Below are positions 17,356-26,860 of a stretch of DNA of 64,000 bases, piece after piece. Made by a program: the position numbers and the translations under genes. Origin of the DNA: Candidatus Micrarchaeota archaeon (GTDB taxonomy: Archaea; Micrarchaeota; Micrarchaeia; Micrarchaeales; CABMGC01); the NCBI GenBank assembly GCA_028867025.1, contig JAGWHC010000001.1:118972-182971 (forward strand). The letters run 5' to 3'. Within the stretch, counting starts at the first letter, position 1; every line of letters starts with the position of its first letter. The notes under the pieces were generated by a model, which was not told the origin of the DNA, did no database searches, and saw only the letters and a list, made by a program, of their open reading frames with translations.

Positions 17356-17968
17356 GGCTGTTCTTGACCCTCTTCCTGAACTCCTCCTCCGCCTTCTTCG
17401 AGCCCTCGGGCCCGAGCAGCGCCCTGTAGTGCATCGGTATGAAGAGCTTGGCCTTTATGTGCCCCGCTGCGTCTATCGCCTCCTCGACGTTCATGACATA
17501 GTGGCCGCCGATCGGCAGGAGGGCGATGTCTGCCCGCACCTTCTTCAGCTCCTCGGTTTCGTCCGTGTCTCCGGGATGGTACACCTTTGTCCCGTCCGCA
17601 TCGATTATGTAGCCGACCCAGCCGTTGACCTTCGGATGGAATTCCTTGTCTGTGTTGTAAGCGGGTACAGTGTGGAACTTTATCCCCTCGATCTCGTAGT
17701 CCCTGTTCGGCTCGACCTCGAGGACGTTCCTTCCGGAGAGCTTGCCCGCAGTCTCCCTAGGGGCGACGAAACGCGTCCTGGAGTCGGATATCTTTCCCAG
17801 AGCCTCCTCGTTGAGGTGATCGAAGTGGGTGTGCGTTATGAAGACTATGTCTGCTTTCGGGAGCTTGCCCCTTATCCTGAACGGGTCGATGTAGACCTTC
17901 TTCCCTCCAATCTCCAGCAGGAAGCCAGCGTGCTCTATCCATTTAAGGAAACTTGTGTCCATGCTCAT
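17312..17968 (-). CDS. MBL-fold metal-dependent hydrolase (UPF0173-like)
   Basis: Has IVFITHTHFDHL (HxHxDH motif) and PGD...IPMHY. Confidence 0.75.
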   Translation of the reverse strand: MSMDTSFLKWIEHAGFLLEIGGKKVYIDPFRIRGKLPKADIVFITHTHFDHLNEEALGKISDSRTRFVAPRETAGKLSGRNVLEVEPNRDYEIEGIKFHTVPAYNTDKEFHPKVNGWVGYIIDADGTKVYHPGDTDETEELKKVRADIALLPIGGHYVMNVEEAIDAAGHIKAKLFIPMHYRALLGPEGSKKAEEEFRKRVKNSLILDQVQEPYYSFQ

Positions 17969-18546
17969 CCCTCGTGAAACACGACCCTCTCCGGGAACAG
18001 GATTAGGAACGGGTAGCCCTGGTAGTTGCGCTCTATCCTGCCCACGCCCACCTTCTTGAGAAAGCCAACCATCTCGTCAGTTATCCTCTTCGAGCCGCCG
18101 CCCCTGCCATTGAACTCTATCTCTACGAACGAACCCAAGCCGGCGACCCTGTCGATGCCTATCTCGTAATTCCCATATGCCCATGAGTCCCTGACCTTGT
18201 CGACCTTGACAATGCGCTTCAGGCCCAGCGCCTTGAATATCTTCTGGATCTGACCGGCGTCCTCCACCTGCGTCTCGAACTCGTCCGCCTGGGTGGACCT
18301 TCCGTCCCTGCCGTAATAGAAGTATTTGTAGTTGATGGTGCACGTCCCGTCCTCGTTTCTCAGCCTCAGCCACTCCCTGACAGGTTCCGAATCCAGGAAG
18401 TTCCTGTGCGCCGGGACGAAGTACTCGTCTATCTGGTGCAGCGTGCCCTTCTTCCTCGCGTTCCTCATGAGGAACGAGACGAGCCTGTCAGGCTTCTGAA
18501 CCCTCACCTTTATCTCTATCTCCTTGTTTCTGTTTCCGCGGTTCAT
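17965..18546 (-). CDS. CYTH-domain protein (class IV adenylate cyclase / triphosphatase family)
   Basis: N-terminal EIEIKVRV (ExExK signature). About 190 aa, with a beta-barrel-like alternating pattern. Confidence 0.7.
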   Translation of the reverse strand: MNRGNRNKEIEIKVRVQKPDRLVSFLMRNARKKGTLHQIDEYFVPAHRNFLDSEPVREWLRLRNEDGTCTINYKYFYYGRDGRSTQADEFETQVEDAGQIQKIFKALGLKRIVKVDKVRDSWAYGNYEIGIDRVAGLGSFVEIEFNGRGGGSKRITDEMVGFLKKVGVGRIERNYQGYPFLILFPERVVFHEG

Positions 18547-18605
18547 TGCGCCCCCATACCATGTGGCATGATAAGAAAATAATGCTTTTGCTGCAAAGAA
18601 TCTGC

Positions 18606-19505
18606 ATGAACATAGTGGTTGCGGTTCCCGTGGATGAGTCGCTGGCCTCGTTCATAGGGAAGAAGGGCTCGGAGAACAGCATAACGTTCTACAACAGGAA
18701 GTCTGGCGTAGACGTGGTTGTGGTGCTGATGCCCAACCAGGAGGAGGACAAGGCATACGCGTTGGCAGAGTCGCTGCTTGTTGCATCATGCGTCGTGCTC
18801 AGCACTGCGACGCTTGACAGGCGGTTCGGCGAAGCGCTTGTTGCCTGCTCGCTGCTCGGGAAAAAGGTATTTGTTACTGATGACAACGACGCATCTGCCT
18901 TGCTGAAGAGCGCGGGACTTGTGGATTACACGCGCGTATCGAAGAGCGAACTGCTCGACAGGCTGGTCGCCGGAGTCGACAGCGGAAACGAAGCGGGGGT
19001 AAGGATAGACATAGACAAGGCATTCCCGGTAAGGGGCATCGGCACCGTGGTGCTGGGCGTGGTGACGCGCGGAACGCTAAGGCAGCACGACAAACTGGTG
19101 CATACGTCAGGGAAGGAGGTGCTGGTCAGGTCGATGCAGAGCCAGGACGAGGACATAACGGAAGCAAGGGCCGGCACGAGAGTGGGCATCTCGCTCAAGG
19201 ACATAGCTGATGATGAGGTGGAGAAGGGCGACCTGCTTACGAAGGCGCACGTGCCGCGATCCGCCACGCTCACCGTTGAGGCAAGGTTCAACGCCGCGGC
19301 CAGGGAGCCGGTGGCTGTCGACTCGAGATACGGCATTGCCAGCGGTTTCTCATACAGCGAATGCGTTGTGAAGAAAGCGGATGGCCAGCGCCTTGAGCTG
19401 GCGCTCAGCGCCCCGATGGCTGTTGAAACCGGCGACACTGTGCTGCTCACGCGCGGCTCAATACCCAGGATTTTTGCCTCTGGAAAGGTCGTCAGCAAGG
19501 CTTAA
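18606..19505 (+). CDS. EF-Tu/SelB-like protein with degenerate GTPase domain and EF-Tu domain 2
   Basis: VRIDIDKAFPVRGIGTVVLGVVTRGTLRQHDKL...EARAGTRVGISLK...VEKGDLL is an EF-Tu domain 2 pattern. The N-terminal region has FIGKKGSENS instead of a GxxxxGK[ST] P-loop. ATG at 18606. Confidence 0.6.
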   Translation: MNIVVAVPVDESLASFIGKKGSENSITFYNRKSGVDVVVVLMPNQEEDKAYALAESLLVASCVVLSTATLDRRFGEALVACSLLGKKVFVTDDNDASALLKSAGLVDYTRVSKSELLDRLVAGVDSGNEAGVRIDIDKAFPVRGIGTVVLGVVTRGTLRQHDKLVHTSGKEVLVRSMQSQDEDITEARAGTRVGISLKDIADDEVEKGDLLTKAHVPRSATLTVEARFNAAAREPVAVDSRYGIASGFSYSECVVKKADGQRLELALSAPMAVETGDTVLLTRGSIPRIFASGKVVSKA

Positions 19506-19531
19506 AATACCTGACAGCACAAGATACTTCC

Positions 19532-20092
19532 ATGGAGGGGAGCTTTCAGAAATTTTGTTCGATAGCGTTGCCAGTGCTGCTCATCGCGTCTGTTTCAGCG
19601 TCGCACGGGTTCGTGCTGCAGTGGACCAACATCTTCTCCGGCATATGGAACAGCATATGGAACTTTATCGCGGGCATCTTCCACATCCCGATAATAAGCG
19701 CGCAGCAGCAGTTCGCGAACAGGCTCGGCGAGCTGCAGACCAACGAGAGCGCGCTTACGCAGTTCTATCTCGCCAACTCCGGCAAGTACGCAAAGCAGTA
19801 CAACGTGAGCGTCAACACGAGCTGGTCCGTACAGTTGACTGACGTGAACTCGAGCACCAGCCCGATAGTGGGTCAGCTCACTGTAACGTGGAACAACACA
19901 AACAAGAGCCTGTACGTCTACGAGGGCGTAGTCAACGCGACCGCGGGAGTGCCCACATTCGCTGTCAACATGACCCACGGCACGTTCCTGTCGCTTTCGA
20001 ACGACGCGCTGCATCAGAGCATAGATGGCGCTATAGCTGATTTCGGAATAGCTGAGGCAACGCACAGCATCTCATACGCGCGAATACGGTAA
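19532..20092 (+). CDS. Hypothetical secreted protein (sequon-rich)
   Basis: N-terminal signal peptide (ALPVLLIASVSASHG) and several N-x-S/T sites. No family recognised. Confidence 0.45.
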   Translation: MEGSFQKFCSIALPVLLIASVSASHGFVLQWTNIFSGIWNSIWNFIAGIFHIPIISAQQQFANRLGELQTNESALTQFYLANSGKYAKQYNVSVNTSWSVQLTDVNSSTSPIVGQLTVTWNNTNKSLYVYEGVVNATAGVPTFAVNMTHGTFLSLSNDALHQSIDGAIADFGIAEATHSISYARIR

Positions 20093-20164
20093 GCTCTTTC
20101 CTTTTCGGAGAGGGCATGGGAAACTTTAAATTAGTGTACGTTTAAGAGAGAAAGTCGTGGGAAA

Positions 20165-20683
20165 GTGACGCACGAAGCGCAGAGCAAGAAGCAGAATATG
20201 CTGATCTACATAGGCATAGCCGTAGTTGTGATAGTACTTGTGGCTGTGATAGCGTTGAACCTGCCGCCTGCTCCGACAGCGGCGACCACCACAGCGGCAA
20301 ACCTCACCACTGTCAGCGTGGCGCCAATCACCACGACGATAGTGAAGAACATCACTACGGCTACGGGCCCAAACCTAGCAACGTGCAACGGCTACAACGT
20401 TTCCATCTCCCAGCCCAACTATGAGATCGTGGGCTCGTGCAACTGGAGGGGCGGACTGATGAACATAACGCTGTTCGGAGGCAGCTTCCAGAGCGTCACG
20501 CTTGAGCTGGTGCAGCAGAACACCACGCTTGCGCCGCACAACATAAGCACAAGCGCGGGATCGTGCGCGAAGGTCTCGGGACCGGTGTACGTGTACCTAG
20601 GAAACTACAAGGTAGTGTTCCGGTCGAGCACTCTGCCTGAGGGCAGCTGCGGAAACGCCACAGTGAGAATGAGCATCTCCTAG
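20165..20683 (+). CDS. Hypothetical membrane-anchored protein
   Basis: N-terminal TM (MLIYIGIAVVVIVLVAVIAL) and a Thr/Ala-rich linker. No family recognised. Confidence 0.45.
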   Translation: MTHEAQSKKQNMLIYIGIAVVVIVLVAVIALNLPPAPTAATTTAANLTTVSVAPITTTIVKNITTATGPNLATCNGYNVSISQPNYEIVGSCNWRGGLMNITLFGGSFQSVTLELVQQNTTLAPHNISTSAGSCAKVSGPVYVYLGNYKVVFRSSTLPEGSCGNATVRMSIS

Positions 20684-20691
20684 TCCTGTTG

Positions 20692-21426
20692 CTACCTCTT
20701 CAGCAGATCGGCGTACTCCTTCCTGAACTTCCTCACCTTTGGCGAGATTACCAGGAGGCAGTAGGGCTGCAGCGGGTTTTTCTTGAAGTAGTCCCTGTGG
20801 TAGTCCTCGGCCTCGTAGAAGGCCTTGAAGGGCACAAGCTGCGTCACGAGCGGCCTGGGCCATATCTTCCTCTCCTCGACCTCCCTCATGACCTCCTCCG
20901 CGGTGCGCTTCTGCTCCTCGGTGCGGTAGAAGATAACAGACCTGTACTGAGCGCCGACATCGGCGCCCTGCCTGTTCGGGGTCGTGGGATCGTGCACCGT
21001 GAAGAAGATCTGCAACAGGCGCTTGAATGATATAACGCTGGGGTCGAATGTTATCTGCGCGACCTCCGCGTGGCCGGTCGTGCCTGTGCACACCTGCTCG
21101 TAGCTCGGATTGGGAACAGTGCCCCCGGAGAATCCGGGCAACACCTTCTTCACGCCCTTGAGCTCGGAGAATATGGCTTCTGTGCACCAGAAGCAGCCGC
21201 TGCCCAGGGTCGCAACCTCCTCCTTTGATGCCATGTTTTCATACCCCTTCGAGACCGCTTCGTGCACGCCCTCGAAATCCGGGCCCTCGAGATGGTCGTA
21301 GCCTCCCGATTTCATCGTTACGTTGGCCTTTGTTGCGCGCGCGAACTTCTCGTTGATTTCCTGGGATTTCTTGAGCTTGGTGATCCTCTTTTCCTTAGGC
21401 TCATCGGCCTCATGCGTCTCCTGCAT
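20692..21426 (-). CDS. msrA: Peptide methionine sulfoxide reductase MsrA
   Basis: [12 protein letters not shown]...GFSGG...[23 protein letters not shown]. The ORF carries a charged N-terminal extension of about 64 aa; an alternative ATG lies at 21232-21234. Confidence 0.85.
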   Translation of the reverse strand: MQETHEADEPKEKRITKLKKSQEINEKFARATKANVTMKSGGYDHLEGPDFEGVHEAVSKGYENMASKEEVATLGSGCFWCTEAIFSELKGVKKVLPGFSGGTVPNPSYEQVCTGTTGHAEVAQITFDPSVISFKRLLQIFFTVHDPTTPNRQGADVGAQYRSVIFYRTEEQKRTAEEVMREVEERKIWPRPLVTQLVPFKAFYEAEDYHRDYFKKNPLQPYCLLVISPKVRKFRKEYADLLKR

Positions 21427-21497
21427 GTCAGGTAACTATTACCCACGCAAAGAATTTATAGCTTCAAGGAGAAGCCAATCGAATCCCGAGTGGCAGC

Positions 21498-22082
21498 ATG
21501 CACGCCAAGAAATGCGGAAGGCTTGAGGTCATAGCAGGTCCCATGTTCTCAGGCAAGACCACCGAGCTCATACGGCTTCTTGAGAGGGAAGAGTACGCGG
21601 GAAAGACGACGGTAATGTTCAAGCCCGAGGTGGACAACAGGTACCACGAGAGGAACGTGGTCACCCACAAGGGGGCCAGCCACGAGGCGCTCGTTGTAAG
21701 CTCAGGAGGCAGGGGCCTCGGGCAGATAGAAAAGCTCGGAAAGGGGTTCGAGGTCGTGGGGATAGACGAGGCGCAGTTCTTCAGGAACGGCAAGGAGCTG
21801 ATCCGCATAGCAGACTCGCTTGCGGACATGGGCAAGACAGTGATAGTGTCGCTGCTGAACAGGTCGCATCTCGGTGAGCCGTTCGGCGATGCGCCCGAGA
21901 TGATAGCAAGGGCAGATTACGTGCGCATGCTCACCGCTGTGTGCCGCAAATGCGGAAACGATGCCACGTTCACCCAGAGAGTGGACCAAAACGGCAGGGA
22001 GATCTTCGGAAAGCTGGTGGAGGTGGAAGGCAAGGATTCTTACGAGCCGAGATGCAGGGACTGCTTCGTGAAGCCGCGCTAG
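21498..22082 (+). CDS. tdk: Thymidine kinase
   Basis: GRLEVIAGPMFSGKTTELIR...VVGIDEAQFF...C-terminal CRKCG...CRDC zinc site. Confidence 0.9.
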   Translation: MHAKKCGRLEVIAGPMFSGKTTELIRLLEREEYAGKTTVMFKPEVDNRYHERNVVTHKGASHEALVVSSGGRGLGQIEKLGKGFEVVGIDEAQFFRNGKELIRIADSLADMGKTVIVSLLNRSHLGEPFGDAPEMIARADYVRMLTAVCRKCGNDATFTQRVDQNGREIFGKLVEVEGKDSYEPRCRDCFVKPR

Positions 22083-22089
22083 AAGTGCC

Positions 22090-22689
22090 TCACACGCGTC
22101 CCGTGGCAAAGTAGAAGCCTGCTATCAGCGCCCACAGGAGTTCGTCGTAGAAGAGTATCTCCTCTATCCCTCCGTGGCCGAGCCCGAAAGTGATCTGGGT
22201 GCCAGCGGCGATGTTGAAGATGAAGAGGAAGGTTATCAGTATGCCAACGGCCCCGGCTGCGAGCGAGTAGTACGACAGGTATCCCTTGAATACCTTGTAG
22301 AATCCGAGCGCGGTCACCGAGGCGCCGTCGAAAGTTATCAGCGCTGAGACTATGTGCGGCAGGCCCGTGGTTTCAGGAAAGGTGCCTACGCAGAAGCCGC
22401 CAAGGCCTATGATGAAGAAGGCGACAGAAGCGTACTTCCTGCCAGACTTGCAGAGAAAATAGGAGGAGGTGATGAGCAGGAGGCCGAAGAGCTGCATCGC
22501 GAGGTTGAATATTGGAGCCGTGCCTCCGACTCCAAGGTCGCTGATGTAGTTGTTCGTCAGGCTGTATCCAGGGTAGAGGTGCTGGGCGAGCAGTATGAAG
22601 AACACGACCTCGATGGCTGCTATTATTATGAGCCTGCCTGCTGTCCTTGAGGCCTCGCGCTTGGTCATCTTCATGTGAGTAGCTTGCAA
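22090..22689 (-). CDS. DUF998-like integral membrane protein
   Basis: About 6 TM helices. The motif NYISDLGVGGTAPIFN resembles DUF998. Confidence 0.45.
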   Translation of the reverse strand: MQATHMKMTKREASRTAGRLIIIAAIEVVFFILLAQHLYPGYSLTNNYISDLGVGGTAPIFNLAMQLFGLLLITSSYFLCKSGRKYASVAFFIIGLGGFCVGTFPETTGLPHIVSALITFDGASVTALGFYKVFKGYLSYYSLAAGAVGILITFLFIFNIAAGTQITFGLGHGGIEEILFYDELLWALIAGFYFATGRV

Positions 22690-22731
22690 CTCAGATTTAA
22701 ATTATCTCTGATGCCCTAGACATCTGATCCT

Positions 22732-23223
22732 ATGCGTGATACAAGAGCGGCGTTCCTGTGGATCGTTGGCAAGCTGGAGAAAAACAGGGTTCCGTTCAGG
22801 ATAACAGGGGGCTTTGCTGTCAGGGCATACGGCTCAAGCAGGGGGCTTGCTGACATAGACATCGAGGTGCCAAAGGAAAAGCTGGAGGCGATGCGCGCCG
22901 CGGTCGAGCCCTACATAATCTTCGGCCCGCGCGTATACAGGGACAGGAACTGGCGCATACGGCTCATCACCTTGCGCTATAGGGGACAGGAGATTGACAT
23001 CTGCGCGGCAGGAACGGCGAGAATATATGATAAGAATGCACGCAGGTGGGTGCGTCTTAACATAAACCCTTACGATGCGGTGAGGAAAAAAGTTTTCGGG
23101 AAAACTGTCCGCGTCACAAGAGTGGGCGAGCTGATACGCTACAAGAGCAAGCTGAGAAGAAGGGTTGATTTGAAGGATGTGGAATTTCTGAAGAAAAAGT
23201 ATCTTGGGGTTGCGGGGATTTGA
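22732..23223 (+). CDS. Putative nucleotidyltransferase (Pol-beta superfamily)
   Basis: ITGGFAVRAYGSSRGLADIDIEVP fits the G[GS]x9-13DxD NTase motif. The 3' end overlaps tRNA-Trp by 19 nt. Confidence 0.5.
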   Translation: MRDTRAAFLWIVGKLEKNRVPFRITGGFAVRAYGSSRGLADIDIEVPKEKLEAMRAAVEPYIIFGPRVYRDRNWRIRLITLRYRGQEIDICAAGTARIYDKNARRWVRLNINPYDAVRKKVFGKTVRVTRVGELIRYKSKLRRRVDLKDVEFLKKKYLGVAGI

Positions 23224-23345
23224 ACCCCGACTCGCAGGTTACGCCCGACCACTTGGATCCGCTCCAAATCCTAATCATCGCCAAAAGGCTCAATTATTTT
23301 GAAACATCTGGAGCCTGCTGCGCTGCCAGGTTACGCCACAACCCC
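23205..23345 (-). tRNA. tRNA-Trp (CCA) with an intron of about 68 nt at the canonical 37/38 position
   Basis: Hand-folded. Acceptor GGGGTTG/CAACCCC, D arm GCGT-AACCTGGCA-GCGC, anticodon stem GCAGG/CCTGC, loop CUCCAG|intron|A, T arm CGGGG-TTCAAAT-CCCCG. Intron is about 23240-23307. No encoded CCA. Confidence 0.8.
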
Positions 23346-23400
23346 GTGACATAGAGCATAAGCTATTTATCTTAAAATACTGAGTAGTATCGCTGATTCT

Positions 23401-24006
23401 GTGATCAAGTGCATTCTTTTCGACCTAGGAGGAGTGATAATAGACTACACGGATGACAGGTACTTCTACCCGTATCTTGCAAGGGTGAGCGGGGTCCCAG
23501 TCAAAAAGGTATGGCACACGATACAAAACAGGATGGAGGCGCGGCTGGACACGGGGCAGATAAACCTGAGGGATTTCAACCGTGCGGTCGCTAACAGGCT
23601 TGGAATAAAGCCGTCGCAGGTCAAATGGTACGAGATGCACAGGGACAACAGCAGGATCAACAGGGGCACGATGGGCGTTGTCCGGCGACTTCACAAACGT
23701 TACTCAGTGTCTTATCTTTCTAACGTGGACAGGTCGCGCTATGAATGGTCCACCAAGCTCTTGCGCCCCTATCTAAAGTTTTTCGAACACAGGTTCGCAT
23801 CCTGCGAGATAGGGATGAGAAAGCCTTCGGCCGCGATCTATAGGTATGCGTTGCGTCACATGGGATTCGGAGGTAGGGAAGTCATCTTCATAGACAACCT
23901 GGAGGAGAACGTGCGCGGCGCCAGGAGGGCGGGCATAAAATCAGTGCTGTTCAAGAGTCCGAGGCAGCTTGAGAGGGCGTTGAAGCACATCGGAGTTAGG
24001 CTTTAG
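23401..24006 (+). CDS. HAD-superfamily hydrolase (subfamily IA)
   Basis: Motif I is ILFDLGGVII, and the C-terminal motif is IFIDNLEENV. Confidence 0.75.
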   Translation: MIKCILFDLGGVIIDYTDDRYFYPYLARVSGVPVKKVWHTIQNRMEARLDTGQINLRDFNRAVANRLGIKPSQVKWYEMHRDNSRINRGTMGVVRRLHKRYSVSYLSNVDRSRYEWSTKLLRPYLKFFEHRFASCEIGMRKPSAAIYRYALRHMGFGGREVIFIDNLEENVRGARRAGIKSVLFKSPRQLERALKHIGVRL

Positions 24007-24059
24007 CTGCGGCCTTCCTGTACATATTGCTTAAGAGTTTATTTTCCGCATAAATCGCT

Positions 24060-24347
24060 ATGTCCATACGGGGCACAAGAGGTCTTCGCGAATCCGAAGC
24101 TGCTACGAACGGCTTGAGCAGGTCGCTGCCGCAGAAACGCGAAGCTGCATCTTCGAGTGCCGGCAAAGAAAGCCAGAAAGAGGTCAGATGTCTGGAATGC
24201 GACGCTAAGATTACGTTGCCGCCTGACGTGATAAAGGGCGAGATACTTGGGTGCAAGGAATGCAGCTCGAGTTTCGAGGTCGCGGACATTGAGAAGGGCG
24301 TTTCCATAAAGCCCGCTGAAATTCCAGGAGAAGATTGGGGAGAGTGA
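24060..24347 (+). CDS. lysW: LysW/ArgW-like amino-group carrier protein (zinc ribbon with C-terminal EDWGE)
   Basis: The C-terminal 54 aa, VRCLECDAKITLPPDVIKGEILGCKECSSSFEVADIEKGVSIKPAEIPGEDWGE, contain CxxC...CxxC plus the EDWGE tail. The N-terminal roughly 40 aa are of doubtful reality; an alternative TTG lies at 24114. Confidence 0.65.
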   Translation: MSIRGTRGLRESEAATNGLSRSLPQKREAASSSAGKESQKEVRCLECDAKITLPPDVIKGEILGCKECSSSFEVADIEKGVSIKPAEIPGEDWGE

Positions 24348-24435
24348 ACCTCATTCCATTCTGTCCGTTTTCTGCTCTGCGGAGGGGCTATTAAAAAGTA
24401 TTATAATCTTTAGAAAATGAATAGGCTTGTTTGGT

Positions 24436-25902
24436 ATGGCTGAGGCAAAGGCGGGAGACGACAAGAAGGGCATCACTATTAAGAAGTCGGAGAACTTCTC
24501 TGACTGGTACACGCAGGTTATCGAAAAGACCGAATTTGTGGGCTATACTTCTGTTTCAGGGGGCCTCGCTTTCAGGCCCGATGGCTATTTCGTCTGGGAA
24601 ACGGTGCAGCGCGCGATAGATGTGCTGTTCAAGGAACTAGGGATAACAAACGTCTACTTCCCGATGCTTATACCCGAACACTTGCTCGAAAAGGAAAAGG
24701 AGCATGTGGCGGGATTCGCTCCAGAAGTGGCGTGGGTCACGCATGCAGGCAAGTCAAAGCTAGATGAAAGGCTTGCTGTAAGGCCGACTTCAGAAACCAT
24801 AATGTACGAGAGCTTCGCGAAGTGGATAAGGTCGTGGCGAGACCTGCCGCTGCGCACCAACCAGTGGAACTCGGTGATAAGATGGGAATTCAAGCATCCG
24901 ACACCTCTGTTACGCAGCAGGGAGTTCTTGTGGAATGAGGGTCACACGGTTTTCGCTTCGCGCGGAGAAGCAGACGCTGAAAGAGATCAGATACTGAGCA
25001 TTTATGAGAAGACGCTCAGGGAGTACATGGCGCTTCCTGGCGTACCTGGAAGGAAGACCGATTCCGAGAAGTTTGCGGGTGCAGAAGCCAGCTACAGCAT
25101 AGAGCACCTGGTTCCTGACGGCTGGGCGATACAGGGACCTGATTTCCACAGCGACGGACAGAAATTCTCAAAGGCGTTTGGAATAGAGTTTATAAACAAA
25201 GAGGGCAAGAAGGAGTTCGCCTACCAGAACACCTTTGCGTTCACGACTAGGGAGCTCGGAACGATGATCATGATTCACGGTGACGACAAAGGCCTTATAC
25301 TCCCGCCACCGGTGGCAAGGATACAGGCGGTAATCGTGCCTATATACACTGATGCGAACAAGGAAACGGTACTCAAGGCTGCGCACGATCTGGCCAAAAA
25401 GCTGCAAGGTTCTGTGAGAGTGCACGTAGACGACAACGATGCCTACTCGCCAGGCTGGAAGTTCAACAACTGGGAGCTGCTTGGAGTTCCGCTCAGGCTG
25501 GAGATAGGTGAAAGGGACATAAAGGCAGACAAGGTCATCGCGGTGAGGAGGGACACTGCTGAGAAACACGATGTTAAAATGAAGGATTTGAAGAAAGAGA
25601 TCGTCTCACTACTTGGCGAGATTCACGAGAACCTATACAGGCGCGCTAAGAAATTTATGGATGAGAACACGCACGAGGTGAAGACATACACGGAACTGAA
25701 GAAGGTGGTCGAGGGCAAGCAGGGCGGCATTGCGCAGGGAGGATGGTGCGGCTCGGCTGAGTGTGAGGCGAAGGTGAAGGAGGAGACGGGAGCGAAGATA
25801 ACCAACATGCCCTTCGACGTGCAGGGCAAGGCGAAGGGAAGGAAGTGCGTGGTGTGCGGAGAGGGCGCTAAGTTCATAGCGAACTTCGCAAAATCATATT
25901 GA
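24436..25902 (+). CDS. proS: Prolyl-tRNA synthetase (archaeal/eukaryotic type)
   Basis: FSDWYTQVIEKTEF...GLAFRPDGYFVWE...YFPMLIPE...EKEHVAGFAPEVAWVTHAG...RPTSET, plus a C-terminal Zn-binding domain. Confidence 0.9.
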   Translation: MAEAKAGDDKKGITIKKSENFSDWYTQVIEKTEFVGYTSVSGGLAFRPDGYFVWETVQRAIDVLFKELGITNVYFPMLIPEHLLEKEKEHVAGFAPEVAWVTHAGKSKLDERLAVRPTSETIMYESFAKWIRSWRDLPLRTNQWNSVIRWEFKHPTPLLRSREFLWNEGHTVFASRGEADAERDQILSIYEKTLREYMALPGVPGRKTDSEKFAGAEASYSIEHLVPDGWAIQGPDFHSDGQKFSKAFGIEFINKEGKKEFAYQNTFAFTTRELGTMIMIHGDDKGLILPPPVARIQAVIVPIYTDANKETVLKAAHDLAKKLQGSVRVHVDDNDAYSPGWKFNNWELLGVPLRLEIGERDIKADKVIAVRRDTAEKHDVKMKDLKKEIVSLLGEIHENLYRRAKKFMDENTHEVKTYTELKKVVEGKQGGIAQGGWCGSAECEAKVKEETGAKITNMPFDVQGKAKGRKCVVCGEGAKFIANFAKSY

Positions 25903-25978
25903 GCATCAGACACGAAGTTTTTTCATCACAGATCAGAAATACCTCGTGTCATCACAACCCTGTTTTGCCGTTAAACGC

Positions 25979-26848
25979 TTATAATGTGAGCAGGTAGGCG
26001 AAGAATATCAGGAATGCGCTCAGGGCCAGTTTCCTGCGAAGGTTGCCCTCCTTGAAGATCAACCCCCCGATTGCCACTGTTATTATCACGTAGAAGGCAT
26101 TGCCCAGAGGCTGGGCGAGGCTGACGGGCACAAGGACGAGTGCCAAGTAGAAGGCGAGCCTGTAACCTGAGGTGAGGACCGAGGCCAAGGAGATGGGAAG
26201 CCTGTACGTCCTTGCGGTCTGCACTATCTCCCTAACGCCCCTGTATCTTATGGAAATGAAAACTGCGAAGAATAGGGCCATGGAGATGCTGGATATTATG
26301 AAGAAGGTGTACGGGTTCACCCCGCCGATCGCGTATTTGTTGAACACCGACGCCGTTCCAGACACGAACACGGCGAGCAGGACCACATACTTGTACTTGC
26401 TGCTCTCGAACGCCTGCTTACCATCAGGCCTCTTCGGCTCCCTGAAGAAGAGCATGTAGGTTGCCATTATCATGCCCGCTATGCCTATGTACTGCACCAG
26501 AGAGAGCTGCTCCGACAGGAACAGGAATGCGAGCACCACCACTACCAGCGTCGGAAGGCTGCCGAATGCTGCTGAAGACGCTGACAGTTCTCCATGCCTG
26601 AATGCCCGTGCAGCAAGGAGGTAGCTGTAGGCGTTTATGGCGCTCCACGCGGTTATCAGCAGAAGCTGCCAGACGCTTATATTGAAGTTTGCCAGCGGAA
26701 TGAATAGCAAGGAGATTAATGCGACGAACGGTGACACGGTTGCGCTGAACTCAGTCGCGTAATGCGTCTTGAGCGCGTTTTTCTCGACCAGAGTTGCCAG
26801 TCCGTTCAGTACTGATGAGATGAGGATAAGGTAATACCACTCAACCAT
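25979..26848 (-). CDS. EamA/DMT-family transporter
   Basis: 10 TM helices arranged as two 5-TM EamA-like repeats. Confidence 0.65.
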   Translation of the reverse strand: MVEWYYLILISSVLNGLATLVEKNALKTHYATEFSATVSPFVALISLLFIPLANFNISVWQLLLITAWSAINAYSYLLAARAFRHGELSASSAAFGSLPTLVVVVLAFLFLSEQLSLVQYIGIAGMIMATYMLFFREPKRPDGKQAFESSKYKYVVLLAVFVSGTASVFNKYAIGGVNPYTFFIISSISMALFFAVFISIRYRGVREIVQTARTYRLPISLASVLTSGYRLAFYLALVLVPVSLAQPLGNAFYVIITVAIGGLIFKEGNLRRKLALSAFLIFFAYLLTL

Positions 26849-26860
26849 GCGAGCACGCCG

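Noticed and set aside
20692-21426. 64-aa charged N-terminal extension of MsrA as a novel fused domain
   Set aside because: An internal ATG (21232-21234) immediately precedes the conserved GCFWC core. The extension has no recognisable fold signature and may simply be untranslated. This cannot be decided from sequence.
23240-23307. Box C/D sRNA encoded in the tRNA-Trp intron
   Set aside because: Only a partial C-like element (CGATGA) is present, with no CUGA D or D' box. The complementarity to the anticodon loop is explained equally well by the helix needed for the bulge-helix-bulge splicing motif.
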